64,000 nucleotides of DNA, taken from assembly GCA_028534125.1 (NCBI GenBank), contig CM052817.1, forward strand, positions 95,358,001 through 95,422,000. Reading direction: 5' to 3'. Both the position numbers and the translations under genes were made by a program. Of the stretch, positions 50,901 to 64,000 are shown one piece after another. Below the pieces are notes generated by a model. The model saw only the letters and a list, made by a program, of their open reading frames with translations, ran no database searches and had not been told where the DNA came from. Each line of letters opens with the position of its first letter. Position 1 is the stretch's first letter. Origin of the DNA: Lama glama. Taxonomy: Eukaryota.

Positions 50901-51009
50901 TTAAGCATAAGATAGTCACGTCTTCCAAACTTAGTGTTTTCTTTCAACGTCCCTGCTGAGACCTAGAGAAAAATTCAACAGAAATCGGGAGTCTCTGGAA
51001 GGTGTAGAA

Positions 51010-51195
51010 TAGTGGTTTTCAAAGTGTGTGGTCCCCAGACTAGCAGCGTCAGCATCACCTGGGAACTTGTTAAGAAGGCAGGTTTTTACCCTTCCACAGA
51101 CCTATTGAATCAAACTCTGGGGATGGAGCCAGCAATCTGTATTTTGACAAGCTCTCCAGGTGATTCCGATTCAGGCTAAGGTGTGAGAACCACTG
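51010..51195. mobile_element. MER5A hAT-Charlie MITE
   Basis: TAGTGGTTTTCAAAGTGTG..CAGCATCACCTGGGAACTTGTT..CAGCAATCTGTATTTTGACAAG..TGAGAACCACTG. Confidence 0.85.
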
Positions 51196-51272
51196 GTTTA
51201 AGTAAGTATCTAGGCGAGTCATCAAGTCCAGTTGACAAGATGAAGCCTCTTATTGAAATAAGATGCTGGAGT

Positions 51273-51366
51273 GGGCGTATAGCTCAGTGGTTGAGCATGT
51301 GCTTAGCTGTGGGAGGTCCCGGGTTCAATTCCCAGTACCTCCGTTAAAAAAAAAAACAAAACGAGA
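51273..51366 (+). mobile_element. Vic-1-type SINE (short form)
   Basis: GGGCGTATAGCTCAGTGGTTGAGC..GGTTCAATTCCCAGTACCTCC plus poly(A). TSD-like AAGATGCTGGAGTG / AAGATGTTAAGTG. Confidence 0.85.
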
Positions 51367-52469
51367 AAGATGTTAAGTGAGTTAGAATTTGAAACTCTTC
51401 ACCATTTTGAACTCTGCATGTTGTTAGGGGTATAAAATTGACTTGCTCTTTCCAGAACTTCCCTTCCTGCTGATATCCAGTAAGTTCAGCATTGTGATAC
51501 AATATGATAAGTTGTCTTTAAGAGGATGGAGGAGTCTGGGAGGAGAAGGGAATGAATGCTTTGTTGTTTGGCCTAGTGCGAGTTTTATAATTGTTCTTCT
51601 GGGAATCTTTTACTATCTCTGTTTCTTTGACTGAAAATAGTTTTATGGATTTAAGTAATTGTAGTTTTTCTTTAACCTGTGCCATTTATCTTGATATAAA
51701 TAGAAGAGTCTAAAAATTGTAGTGGAGCAAAAACGGAAAGATGCAGAAACACTTTGTCGCAGCTTGTGTTCATCCTAGTTAACAATGGGAAAGAGCGTGG
51801 GAGGGAAGAGCCTTCCTTCCTTTTTGCGAAAGGTAGTGAGTACGTTGGCCCTCACTGAAATGTGCACCTTTGGGAAAGTAGAAAATGGTAAGGATTTCTT
51901 TTTCTGCAAATGCGTAGACAGTTATGGGAAGGAGGAAGTTCAGCAGCTTCTGAAGACTATGACCTTGCTGATGATGTAACAGGGTGACTGTTTACTTGGA
52001 CTTTTGGTAGCCTGTAGAGTCAAGGCTACTTATTAGTGGTTGCGTTAAATGTGGGTTTTCTTTCTCTTTACCAAAGTAAATGCTGACCACGGTGAAGTCA
52101 GTCATCTCCCTGTGGCATCGAGAAGACCATTCAGTTGTATCTGCCGCCATTAAAATGCCTTCATGGGGACTTCCTGTCATTTGGCCTTTTTTTTTTTTTA
52201 ATGTTTTTCACGTGGTTCTTGAAAATTATCTTCTGTACTTTGAACTTCATCAACTTGAAAGGCCACATTGAACCTGAGCTTAAATTTTGAGATCTCGATT
52301 TCTAGCTGGCGCTAGCTCCCAGGTGCTTTCGTGTTCAGCATAATGGCTCGCAGCTGTTTAAAATGAAAATACACCTGAAGTCCTCTTCACTTGTTGGCTG
52401 AATGCAAGTTTTGGCCCTTCGACTGCATCAGTCACCACGTAATTCGTGGCTTGGTCAATTTTACCTTAA

Positions 52470-52770
52470 AAGGAAAGCCTTAAAATCATAGCAATGGAGG
52501 AGGAATTGGTGGTTGCCAGGGGCTGAGGAGGGCATGGGGGTCGGGGTGGGGGAGTGGGTGTGGCTGTAAAAAGGCAACATGGGGAAGGGGCCCTTAGGTT
52601 GATGGCAGTGCTCTGTGTCTTGACAGTATCAGTGTTAGTGTCCTCACTGTGATGTTGATCTGTTGTTTTGCAGGGTGTTACCATTGGAGGAAGCTGGGTA
52701 GAGGGTAGGCAGTTTCTCTGTCACTTCTTACAGCTGCACGTGAACCTAGCATTATCTGAATTTAAGCATG
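52470..52770 (+). mobile_element. L1MC-type 3' end
   Basis: TGGTGGTTGCCAGGGGCTGAGG..GGGTGTGGCTGTAAAAAGGCAACATG..GTTACCATTGGAGGAAGCTGGGT. Confidence 0.7.
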
Positions 52771-53255
52771 GTGACCCCTGAAAAAGCATCTAATTCAGCT
52801 CACAACTCAGTCACACGAGTGCTTTCCCTCAGGACCCAGCCGCTGTGTTTGGGCACACAGCAGAGGTGCTGTAGGAGTATTTTATTTTATTTGTCACACA
52901 GAATAATAAAAAGACATATACTCAAGGACTGAGATTGAATAACGTTAATTTTTTTTAAATAAAAGTAAAAAAATTTAATGTTTCTTCATGTTGTATGTTT
53001 TTACTTGAGGCAGTGATGACAAAAATTTCCAGTGAAAGTTTTTTTTTAAAGTTTCGTGTATGTCCATTTGGAGGATGGGGCTGGGGGCAAGTATTGACTT
53101 TTCCTTCAAGTTTATCTGAGTGGTGATATCTGAGTCTGATAACTGAAGCTGTAAGCCAGATATCAGGCTATGATGATAACAAGTGCTTTAAAGATTTAGG
53201 ATTCATTGGCAACAATATCAAGTATAAAAATTAAACTAAAGCATTATGACCTGCA

Positions 53256-53692
53256 TCTTACAGTCAGGGTTCTCCAGAGAACAGAACCGATAGGATCTAT
53301 ATTATAGAGATGTGTATATATGGAGATTTATTATAGGACTTGGCTCACGTGAGTGTGGAGGCCGAGAAGTCCATGGTCTGCTGTCTGCCAGCTGGAGAGC
53401 CAGGAAGGTTGGTGGTGTCAGTCCCCGTCTTAGTCCAAAGCCCTGGGAGCCAGGAGCACCAGTGTTCAGGAGCAGGAGAAGGGAAGTGTCCCAGCCTTCC
53501 TGTCCTGTTCCGCACTCAGCAGTTGGGTGATGTCCACTCACGTTGGCGAGGGTGATCTTCTTTTCTCTGTCTTCCAGTTTGAATGCTCACCTCCTCTGGA
53601 GACACCCTCACAGACAAGTGAGAACTACTGTTTACCAGCTCTTTGAGCGGCCCTTCACCCAGTCAAGTTGACATGTAAAATTAACTGTTGCA
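53256..53692 (-). mobile_element. MLT2-type ERVL solo LTR
   Basis: AGTCAGGGTTCTCCAGAGAACAGAACCGATAGGA..GGAGGCCGAGAAGTCC..CCCAGTCAAGTTGACATGTAAAATTAAC. Confidence 0.85.
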
Positions 53693-56484
53693 CCGTGACA
53701 CTATATCATCTATGTCTAAATTTCTCTTCACTCAAACATCCACGGCATGTACACAGCTTCCCAGGAACAGGCATTGCCTGGGAAGGACCGACCACAGCAC
53801 AGGAATTGAATAATAGAGCTGTGGACAGGGGAGGCAGCCAGTTAACTCCTCCAAGCCTGAGAGCAGCCCCAGTGAAGCTCACTTGACTCTAACACATCTG
53901 GACATTGCGTTCCAGCCCGTGTGGTGGTTCAGATACGTATGTGTATATTTCATTGTGCAAAGGATTTAAGTCAGTTTATAAGAAGACTTACAGTAAAGTA
54001 GAAAGTATTGGTAATAGTGCAGACCAAGGAAAACAAATTCAAAAGGAAGGTCAAGACCAAAGAGAAAATTAGCACATACGTGTTCCATAAGGGTCACTGT
54101 GATACAGATGTGCTCCTGTGCGTAGTTACTGTATGTCTGTGGTCCTCATCTGGGTGGTTCTGTGATACTTTGGGTGCTTGAGAGAGAGGTGTACAACACT
54201 GAGATGAGGAAGGGATGCTTTAAAACCTTAAAAGAGGTAGTTTCAGAGCATTTGTGCCTGAGGGTGGGTGGTGGGCAGAGCCGTCTAGGCAGTTTGCAGG
54301 GGCTCCTGCAGGAGGGATCCGTGGGGCGAGGACAGTGTTCCCCAGAGTTTGCACTTACTCTTCCACAGTCCACTCGGGGCTCCCTTCTGTCCCCATGGAA
54401 GGTTTGTTTTGAAAAAGCGTTTGGTCACTACTTCTGCTTCTGTCCAAGCTCAAGACACAGCCAAGTGGACGTGGAGTTTAGATGGTGAACTTTTTCCCCC
54501 AAATATTGGCATTTGGCTTGTGTTTGATAATTTCATCACTGTCATTTACAATAGTGTTAGAAACAGATGAAGTAATATAATCATGTGTGGGATTTTATAC
54601 CCAGATTTCTTAGTGAATTCCATTTTCTTAAGTCCAAGGCAAAAATGTGAAGTTTATTTATTCTTTTTTATTTAGTTAGTTCATTTTTTTTTCCTGAGCA
54701 ACTGACTGTTCCTAGTGCATTGTTTAGGGCATTGATTTTGTGTTATTTATTAATTGACGAACACATGGTTAAGTTTTAGCAGTTACTATATATTACTCTT
54801 ACATAAATTGTAAAAGTACATAAATTACATAAACTGAAGTAGACCTCTAGACAGTTACTACCTGACTTGTTTCTGGGTGGAATTTTTCTCTTGCCAAATC
54901 TACTGCAATTTTGAAATTTTAAGACTGCTCCACAGATTGTACAAAGTTTCCTGCATCCTTTTGCTTTCCTGACCATTATCCTCCACTTCTTTCCTTGTCT
55001 GTCTCTGCGACACTAGGTGGGCAAGAGAGAGTATCTCCAGACCTTTCCGATTCACTTAAAGTTCAGCGCTCCTCCACCCACCCCTGCTGGCTTACGGGGC
55101 TGAAGGAACGCTAACCAGCTAGCAGCTGTTACAAACAAAACACACTCCCAGAAGAGCACGGCTGATGAAAAGGCAGTTTTGAGAACCACAGAAAACATTG
55201 GTTGTAATAAAGTAGTTCACTGACTGCAGTGATGTGGAAATAATGTTTTAAATCAAAAGGGCTAAAAGAGCTAATACCTTCCAAGACTACCTTTGGGTGA
55301 AATAATATCAAGACCAGCGAATGGTGCTTTTTAGCTTTTTGTCCCCACGTGTGGATCGTCCTCAGACAGTGGTTTCTTGTGGGTCCGGGGATGTTTTGTG
55401 TGGTTGTGGTGGGGGAGTCACAGATGGTTTGCCCGTGTCTGTAATGCCCTAGGCTTCTGAGGGACACTTGAAAAGAGAAGAAATGGAGGGGAGCTTGGCT
55501 TTTGTAATGCTCTCAGGCTGATTCTCCCCCATTTTTCTTTCAGCCTCATTTGCACTAGATGTTCAAGCCTCAAAGAAAAGACTGGAGATTTCTTTCCCTG
55601 AAATGTATGTCCCATCCCCTTGTCTTTTTCCACTTTGAAATGCAAATATTCTCTTGAAAAGACCCAGCATCATGCCTAATCATCATGAATTAGCCAGATC
55701 ATCAGACTTCTGCCCTGGTATTTGGAAAAACAAGTTTGTTAGGGGGAGGAGATGGGGAAGCAAAGAGTGCATATTTATTTGTTCTAAACAGCAGAGCTGG
55801 GGGACTTTGAGCAGCTGTCAGTTTCCCTGAGCACTGTGTTCACAATCTCAGAGGGCCTGGAGAATGGGAGAACCGAAAAAACCAAATGTTGTTAATTTGC
55901 CAACTTGGCTGAGGATTCCTGATTCTTAGATCCTGTTCTTAGGACTGGTTTGAAAGACTTGTTTCCCCTGCGTTTAGTCTGGTGTGGGCTTGCACTCTGC
56001 CAACAGCACTCCTTCCCTGTGTGTGGGAGGTGGGGAGATGAACACTGAACTTACTGAACTTGCGGCTTCATTTCACTTTCCTAATCATCAGTGCCCACAA
56101 CTGGATTTCTCCACTCTCGTGACCTGTAGCATGCGCGGAAGCCTGCCGGTAACACCCTGTCCAGGTCTGCTCTTCATAAAACTGCTTCAGGCCACGTGGG
56201 TTATGTAACTAGAAGTAACGGGAACCTCCCTGATAAAAGAACTAGAATCTGGAAACATAGATTATGTTTAAATAAAAAGATTTAGGTCCACAAAGGACTG
56301 TTTGGCATTTTTGTCCCACAGTTCCTTAAATGGTCAGTCTTATGCGCTGGAGTCCATTTGAGCAGCCCTTGGAATGGGAGACGGCGTTTACATTCTATTC
56401 CATCACTACCTCAGTTCTAAAACAACTCTCTGAGAGATGATGCTGTTCTCAGTTCCTCACTTTCTCACACGAAACAAGCCATTT

Positions 56485-56872
56485 CTTTTGTTTGTTTTTA
56501 TTGAAATATATTTGATTTACAATGTTGTATTAATTTCTGGTATACAGCATTGTGATTCAGTTATACATGTATATATTCCTTTTCATATTCTTTTTCATTA
56601 TAGGTTATTAAAAGGTATTGAATATAGTTCCCTGTGCTACACAGTAGGACCTTGTTTATCTATTTTATATATAGTAGTTAGTATCTGCAAATCCCTAACT
56701 CCCAATTTATCTGCCCTCCACATCCTCCCCCCCGGTAACCGTAAGTTTGTTTTCTGTGTCTGAGTCTGTCTCTGTTTTGTAAGTAAGTTCATTTGTGTCA
56801 TTTTTTTTTTAGATTCCACATATCAGTGATGTCATACAGTATTTTTCTTTCTCTTTCTGGCTGACTTCACAT
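56485..56872 (-). mobile_element. 5'-truncated young L1 3' end
   Basis: TTTTTATTGAAATATATTTGATTTACAATGTTG..GAATATAGTTCCCTGTGCTAC..AGATTCCACATATCAGTGATGTCATACAGTATTT. Confidence 0.85.
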
Positions 56873-57319
56873 TTCGTACCTAAGTGGTCATCTGGCCTCT
56901 AGTCACACATCCCCTCACCTGACCACCTGGTTGCCTGGATGGGATCTTCAGTCAGAATAAGGTGAAAAGAGAGCCTACGATTTTTTTAAGTGGTATTTGG
57001 GCAGCTTTTTGTAAACTAAAAGTAAACACGTACATGACAACAGAGTGGGGATGCCTTGTATGCTTTTTCCTGTGTGTTTCCCTATAATTTCATGACAGTC
57101 CTATCTAGCCAGCTCCGTGGCAGACTCAGCAGTATTTCCTTCTGTGACGGTATCTTTCTTTGAGCATCTGAAAAGTTTATCCAGGGAATGGTAGTGTACC
57201 GGGCAGGTGTTTAAGTAAGAGGGTCATGTTAGGAAACAGTTGTGGGTGGACGCTTTTGAAACATAGAACTTACAGCTTTGAAATAGGAAAAAGGACAGCT
57301 GATTTTAAAGTGAGTTGTT

Positions 57320-57545
57320 TTTCAAAGGGAAAACTGATGGGAGCGTGTCACAAGGACACGGAGGTCAGCTTGAAGGGGCTGCCCCTGGCTAAATCAGACA
57401 GTGTGATCAACAAAATAATTAAGGGCAGAAATGAATTATAAGCCACTGGGGGATACAAACAGGAGTCCGAGCTGATAATGAACGAGGGAGGGGAGGGACT
57501 CTTGCTCACAGTAGATGCCGATGGCCGACTGGATGTGGATGGAGT
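57320..57545 (+). mobile_element. L1MC-type 3'UTR fragment
   Basis: GTCACAAGGACACGGAGGTCAGCTTGAAGGGGCTGCCCCTGGCTAAATC. Confidence 0.55.
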
Positions 57546-57935
57546 TCTTTAAAATTTAGGACCAATAAGGACTGTGAAAGGAGATACTGACTTCTCTGTG
57601 GTGTGAGGCTCACATGTCCTGGGGTGGAAACTCGGGTCAGAAGGCCTGCACTACAGTTTTGGCACTTGGTATCTTTGACCTTGGGCCAGTTACTTGTCCT
57701 CTTTGAGCTGGTATTTGCGAACCTGTAAGATAGGGAGTAATACTAGTGACTTTCCAGGGTCGTGGCAAGGATTAAATTAAATCACACACAAGAAAAGGCT
57801 TTATAAGTTCTTGAAACATAATGTGGCTGAAACAGTGAAATAAGGAGCATAACTCCTGTGCACATCTTTAAACACAAAGTTGGTAATGTTAAGTAAGTTT
57901 TCACTGAACAGATCTTCAGAAAACTGATTATAATA

Positions 57936-58155
57936 CCATTGACCCTTGAGCAGCTTGGAGGTTAGAGGCACCAACCCTCCACGCAGGGGAAGATCAAATG
58001 TATAAATTTAAATTTACAGTCGGCCCTCCATGTCTGCGGTTCTACGTCCTCAGATTCAACCAAATGTGGATTGTGGTGTACCCAAGTACATGTTTGGTGA
58101 AAAAAAATTCATTCAGTTTGTGTGGTTCAAGCCCACATTATTTCAAGGGTCACTA
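57936..58155. mobile_element. Tigger2-type TcMar MITE
   Basis: TIR cores TGACCCTTGA (57940-57949) / TCAAGGGTCA (58143-58152), TA at the flanks, internal CAGATTCAACCAA. Confidence 0.75.
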
Positions 58156-58202
58156 TTTACAATATTAATATTGGTAACAATGCCAATTAAAATAGCTACT
58201 TT

Positions 58203-58310
58203 TTGTTTGTTTTGTTTTATGAGGGGGGAGGTAATTGGGTTTATTTATTTATATTTGGAGGAGGTACTGGGGATTGAACCCAGGAGCCACTTGAGCTATA
58301 CCCTCCCTCC
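58203..58310 (-). mobile_element. Vic-1-type SINE with an internal deletion
   Basis: GGGGGAGGTAATT..GGAGGTACTGGGGATTGAACCCAGG..TGAGCTATACCCTCCC. Perfect 15-bp TSD TAAAATAGCTACTTT (58188-58202, 58311-58325). Confidence 0.9.
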
Positions 58311-59019
58311 TAAAATAGCTACTTTCTGTGCTTACTGTGTATCAGCAACTGTGCTTACCTGTTCACACGTATTTTCATTTCATCCTGACCACAACTCTAA
58401 GCGGTAGGGATGCCTGCCGACAGGGCCACCGGGATGCAGTTGAAGTCAGCTGTCCCGCAGCTTGTAGAGGGGGAGCCAGGATTCATGCTGAAATCTAACT
58501 GCAAAATCCAGGCTGCAACCAGCCACACTGCTGCTTCCCCCAAAAAGTCATTTTCCCCTCCTTAATGATTTCTCTTTAAGAGGAAAGGGATCCAGAGTTT
58601 TCAGTAGTAGAGAATTTGATGTGAAATCCATATGTGCACCAGCTGCTTGAATTTGGGGTTGATAATGGTAAATTGAGAGTTCACATCTATGCTTGAAGTG
58701 TTTCTGGAGGCTTTATTTCTGTTTATTTCCCATTGGTCAATCTTCATCATTTGATAACAAGTGTCTGTTTCCTGGAATATATTTAAGAGAATCAAGTTGA
58801 ACTCCAAATGAGAACTAACTACGCTCAGCTGCAATTACAAATGAAGCCCAGCTGCCTGGGGGGACACCTGGGGACGGCCATTTACATATCAGTGGCGTGT
58901 GACGGAGGAGCAGGCACCCTAGGCTGGCGGAGGGCTCTGGGTGTTACAGTGGTAGCTGTCCCCCGCCGAGTGCTGACCAAGCCCCGGCACTTGGGAAAAC
59001 TAACCCGTGCGACGCTGAG

Positions 59020-59260
59020 AGACAGTGCGTGCAGTGGTTAGGAGCTGAGGTTCCTCAACGAGACAGCTCGGTTTGAATCCTGTCTCCATTAGTTCCTGGT
59101 TGTATATTCAGAGGCAAGTCACTTAATCTCTCTCTACCTCAGCATCCACTTGTACAAGGTGGAGGTAACAGCAGTGCCTAGGCCAGAGCTGCTGCGAGGA
59201 TTAAGAGCTAACGTTTGGTACAGCAGTTGGCATAAATAAGCTCCATGTAAATGGTAAGTA
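59020..59260 (+). mobile_element. MIR SINE
   Basis: GCAGTGGTTAGGAGC..GGTTTGAATCCTG..GGCAAGTCACTTAATCTCTCT. Confidence 0.7.
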
Positions 59261-61818
59261 AAAAGGAAATCTGGGAGAAGTACTCTGATTCCCAATTTAC
59301 TAGGAAGAAATGAGGTGTAAAGAGTAAGTTCCCCCTTAATTGGCGAGTGAGTGACGGAGCAGGGCTGCCAGCGTCAGAAGTGCAGAATTAAAGCCCACCC
59401 CTGACTGCTGCCCAGCTTCCTGGGTGCCCGATGGAGGCCTTGACCCCTCCTGATATTTTTGGCTGACACTCTGAAGTTCTTCTGCCTCTAACAAACTGTG
59501 AAGTCTCTAAGAACATAGCACTGTCCTTCTGTGGTAGTTAAGCAAATATTTGGCGAAGGATTCCGAAACCTGGGGTGAGGATAGGAGGAAGAGGTGGAAG
59601 GAGGGCGCCTGCCTGCCTGCCAGGTGCCCCCTCCGGAGCTGGTTCATTAGCCCTGCGGGGGAAACAGAGGCTCAGGCTGCCCAGATCCATGCGGCTAGAA
59701 CCCTGGGCTCCTGCGTCTGAAGGCAGTGCTCTTTCCTTGGCATCATGCCGCCTGACCAGAAAAACTGGACACTTCGTGACTCTTCTTGTCAACTGAGTGT
59801 AAGTCCGTGCTGGTCTTTTCTATATCATTCTAATTTAATCTACATTGAATCTCTTAATCTGAGAATGGGACTGACTGGAGTTTAGAGGTGAAAGGGATGA
59901 TTTCTAGAAATTTGACTTAAGGGGAGAAAATTGAAGTTCAGGTCCCACAGCTAGTTAGAGGCAGGGCAAGAGGCCTGGTGCTGTGTAGCCAACAAACACG
60001 GTGACCCCTCTGCTTCCCCTGCCCAGGCTGCAGTCACCCAAACTCCCGGAGATCTGATTCATTGTGTCTGGGATGAGGTACAAGACTCTGCCTTTTTAAA
60101 CAAGTATCTTGCTAAATCAGATTCAAGGAGTCTGAGGACTCTACTTTGAGCAAGACTGGTGTGTATTAATCAGCTTGGAATAAACAGTCCAGGAATAGCA
60201 GTATAATTCACAAGCATCTGTTAATTGTAAAAACGTTTACTAAGGACCTCTTATATGCCAGGCGCTGGGATGATACAGAAGAAAGACAACTTGCTTCTGC
60301 CCCCAGGGGTCTCACAGTCTGGGTGAGGTAAAGTCAAATTAGCAGTGAAACGTTGCAAATGCTCTGATGAAGTCTGTTTAAGCCACAGTGAGAGGAATTC
60401 ACCTCCATTGGGGGTGGGTAGAAAAACCAAGCAAGACACCGTGAAGGAGGTAACACTGAAACTGAGACTTGGAAGGATGTCAACTGAGCAGAAGTGCAAG
60501 AGTGTGAAGCCAGCAGATGGAAACTGCTAGGGCTCGGGGTGGCTGGGCGAAGAGCAGGGTGGGAGGGCAGCTACCCCGAGAGAGAGGTTGAGCAGGAATC
60601 TGCGCTAGGTCACAGAGTCCCAGAGCATGCGCTTGGGTGTGTGATGGCACAGAGAAGATGTATTTCAAGGAAATCATCTCTGGCCTACAGAAACACTCAC
60701 CGGCCTGCAGTTACCTAGGGGGTTGGGTTCTCAGAAGGAGATTTCAATTTAGGCTCTTTTTAAGTAAATTTAATGATAGGTTTTTTTGCAGATATTTTTA
60801 TTGAATACAGTTTATTTCTCTGTTCATATTGAAATTTCATTCACATGTGTGTCTTCTATTCATGTATCTGTACTCAAGAGTAATTGATGTATTCCTAGAA
60901 AGTAAATACTACGAAGTTGCTGTCTTTAGGCAAAATTAACTTCTCGTAAGATGTTCCTTCAAAAAAGCTGAACAGAAGAGGAGAAAGAGAATGTTAAAAG
61001 CCACTTCCACAGTCTTTCTTCCAGGCGTGTGGGGCTAAGTGCTGTCATCTGGTGATTCTGAGCAGACCTGGATTCAGACCCTGGCTGGATTCAGCAGCTG
61101 TGCGACCTTGGGCGGCATGTCACGTTGCTGGGCTGATGCTCGCTTGTCCACAGGGAGAACTCAGGGCTCTGTGGGAAGCTCCATGTGGGCGGGGACAGTG
61201 GCTGTCGCCCTCTGCACGTGTGCGCCCCCTAGTGCCTGACCCCGGGTCAGCACTGGATGGGCGGATACGTGTGCCCAGGCTCATTACCTTGTCTTATTTC
61301 AGACCCTCCCTCCTGCTGCCTTACCACCAATAACCCCACAAAATTATAAAGTGCCACTGCCCAGGGATTTGGGGATATGTGCATTGAAATTTAACTTTGA
61401 TTAAAGTTTTCTGAGAATCTTTCCTTCAGTGTAGTTTCCCTGACATACCCCAAGGTACGGAATTTTATTTCATAAATGCATATACTGTTAACTTCTAAAT
61501 AGTCTCACCTTCTCCTCCACTTTCTCCTGGCAGTGTTTCTGTTTAGAAGGTCACTGACCACACCCAATGTCCAGGGACATCTGTCTAGTGTAGATATTAT
61601 ACTGGGCACAGCTGCTCTGGCACCATGGCCGTCCCTCTTCCACGCCCACCTGTTTTCAGAGGAGAGTTGCGGCCCCTGGACAGCTCTCGGGCCATTTCCC
61701 CGTTAGCCTTGGGCCACCTTTCTGCTCTTGGGTGACCTCGCTGTCTGTCCTGAGCACTGACTGACGTGTGCTCTGGCCCTGAACTGTGTGCACCAGGCTG
61801 CCCCAGATGTCCCCAAAG

Positions 61819-61836
61819 CAGCAGCAGCAGCAGCAG
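61819..61836. repeat. (CAG)6 intronic trinucleotide repeat
   Basis: Direct reading. Confidence 0.9.
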
Positions 61837-62809
61837 TCAGCAGACTCGCACAATTTAGGGCAAGAAGGCCCCTTGGAATTCAGATCCCTTTGCTCTTTGC
61901 AGTGAGGAAATCGAGACCCAGAGAAACTAAGTAACTTGCTCAAATTCACAAAAGTAACAGTTACCATAGCCAGGGCTAGAACTGAGGCGTCCTGACCGTC
62001 ACCTAAATTCGTTTTTCAAGTCTTTGGAACCAAAGGGCCTTTATGTATGGCTGGGTAGCAGCCAGCTTATTTGCCATTATGTCTGTGTGGGCGGACATAG
62101 GCACCAGCCTGGCAGCTTTGTTATCGGAACTCTCTTGTGTGGTTTTTAAAGAAAAAAAAGTAAGCCTGTCCACTAACATTGGGCAGATCACAACCTTGTC
62201 AGCCTTAGTCTGGTCACTAGACTGCTCAACACGGATGACTTGATGAGAGAATTTTAAACAATACTTCAGAATCTTGAAAAAGTTCACACATCTAGAGGGT
62301 GTACATGGATGCTCTCCAGAACTCAGCCCCTCTTTCCAATTTTAGCTGTTTCTTTTTCATTCCTTTTCCTGTGTCTTGGTAACGCAGAAAAAGTGAGCCC
62401 AGTACCAGAATCACAAATGCCTCCTGAAGTGTTCTTAGTTTGGTTTCCCTGTTAACTGGAAAAGGGATTTTATTTATTTATTTATTTTAACAGAAAGAGA
62501 TGCATAAGTACTTTGAAAAGCAGAGGTATACATCACTAATGATAAGCAACAGTCTGACTTTTTTTCCTCGTGGGGGGTCAGGAAAAGACAGGAAAATGCT
62601 TCCTCCTTTTCAAGACATACAGCAATTATTAGAGATATTCAAGCGGGTTGAGGGAGGTGTAGTGAAATTACCTAGAAGGCTTTTTTTTCCCTTACCCCCA
62701 GAATATATCTGAAAAGGTGATGTAACACCAGCTCAGGGTTTGTTTTTTGTTTGTTTTTTAAATCTGAGTTAGAACTCCTAGAGTACAGGAATAACACAAC
62801 ACAGCCTGA

Positions 62810-63310
62810 TTTTATTTATTTTTTAAAATAGCTTTTTATTTTTTAAGCAATGTTAAGTTTACAGATAAATTGGATAGTTCAAAGACTTCCCATAGCCTCC
62901 CTCCCCCTGCACAGAGTTTCCTTGATTATTAACGCCTTGCATTAGTGTGGGACATCATTATAATCAACGAGCCAGTCAATATTGATACATTACTATTAAC
63001 CAAAGTCCATCGTTGACAGTAGGATTCACTCTTGGTGTTACCCATTCTATGGGTTTTTGACAAATGTGTGGTGACATGCAGTCACCATTATAGTGTCATA
63101 CAGAATAAGTTCACTGCCCTAAAAATTCTCTGTGCTCCACCTGTTCATTCCTTTCTCCCCCTGAGTCCCTGGCAACCACTGATCTTCACTGTCTCCATAG
63201 TTTGCTTTTTCCAGAATCTCATAGACTTGGGAACATACAATAAGAAGCCTTTGCAGTTGACTTCTTTCCCTTAGTGACATACATTTAAGGTTCCTCTGTG
63301 TCTCTTCATA
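62810..63310 (-). mobile_element. L1MC1-like 3' end
   Basis: CAATATTGATACATTACTATTAACCAAAGTCCAT..GATTCACTCTTGGTGTT..ACTGCCCTAAAAATTCTCTGTGCTCCACCT. Confidence 0.75.
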
Positions 63311-63360
63311 AATCTAGAATATGAAAACCAATGTATGGTGACAGGAAGCAGATCAGTAGC

Positions 63361-63860
63361 NNNNNNNNNNNNNNNNNNNNNNNNNNNNNNNNNNNNNNNN
63401 NNNNNNNNNNNNNNNNNNNNNNNNNNNNNNNNNNNNNNNNNNNNNNNNNNNNNNNNNNNNNNNNNNNNNNNNNNNNNNNNNNNNNNNNNNNNNNNNNNNN
63501 NNNNNNNNNNNNNNNNNNNNNNNNNNNNNNNNNNNNNNNNNNNNNNNNNNNNNNNNNNNNNNNNNNNNNNNNNNNNNNNNNNNNNNNNNNNNNNNNNNNN
63601 NNNNNNNNNNNNNNNNNNNNNNNNNNNNNNNNNNNNNNNNNNNNNNNNNNNNNNNNNNNNNNNNNNNNNNNNNNNNNNNNNNNNNNNNNNNNNNNNNNNN
63701 NNNNNNNNNNNNNNNNNNNNNNNNNNNNNNNNNNNNNNNNNNNNNNNNNNNNNNNNNNNNNNNNNNNNNNNNNNNNNNNNNNNNNNNNNNNNNNNNNNNN
63801 NNNNNNNNNNNNNNNNNNNNNNNNNNNNNNNNNNNNNNNNNNNNNNNNNNNNNNNNNNNN
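63361..63860. other. Assembly gap (500 N)
   Basis: Run of N flanked by L1-like sequence. Confidence 1.
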
Positions 63861-64000
63861 ACTTATATCAGTAAAAATGAGAGAAGAAAAATTTAAATTC
63901 CCAATCAGGAGGCTAGGGGAAAAACATCAAAGTAAGCCAGAAAAGTATAAGGAAAAAGATAATAGAGATTAAAGCAAAAAATAATGAGATAGTAAAAAGT

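Noticed and set aside
51273..51345. tRNA-Ala-like sequences here and at ~1662, 6154, 14180, 20950, 38090 and 58260
   Set aside because: They have A-rich tails, TSDs and degenerate stems, so they are SINEs rather than tRNA genes.
63331..63972. 213-aa and 179-aa ORFs
   Set aside because: They are artefacts of the N gap.

Overview
This is mammalian genomic DNA carrying the 5' part of the SMAD1 gene on the + strand. Several tRNA-derived Vic-1-type SINEs and young L1 3' ends point to a camelid (camel, alpaca or llama). A CpG-island promoter (~22.0-23.8 kb) holds a non-coding first exon with several candidate donors. It is followed by a ~24.7 kb intron 1 and by exon 2 (47380-47955), which has 176 nt of 5'UTR with uORFs plus 400 nt of CDS encoding the MH1 DNA-binding domain. 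Intron 2 runs off the end of the window and includes a 500-N assembly gap; exon 3 was not found. The rest is intergenic or intronic sequence dense in transposon relics (L2, MIR, old and young L1, hAT and TcMar DNA elements, MaLR/ERVL LTRs) and microsatellites. I found no convincing previously undescribed biological system, and no other protein-coding gene, tRNA gene or CRISPR-like structure. The most worthwhile observations are modest: SMAD1 uORFs and alternative first-exon donors, candidate enhancers, a SINE-head/L1-tail chimera, two twin-priming-type L1 inversions, and a cluster of hairpins in intron 1. Repeat family names and comparisons with human transcripts are recalled from memory and need RepeatMasker/alignment confirmation. 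Repeat boundaries are approximate.
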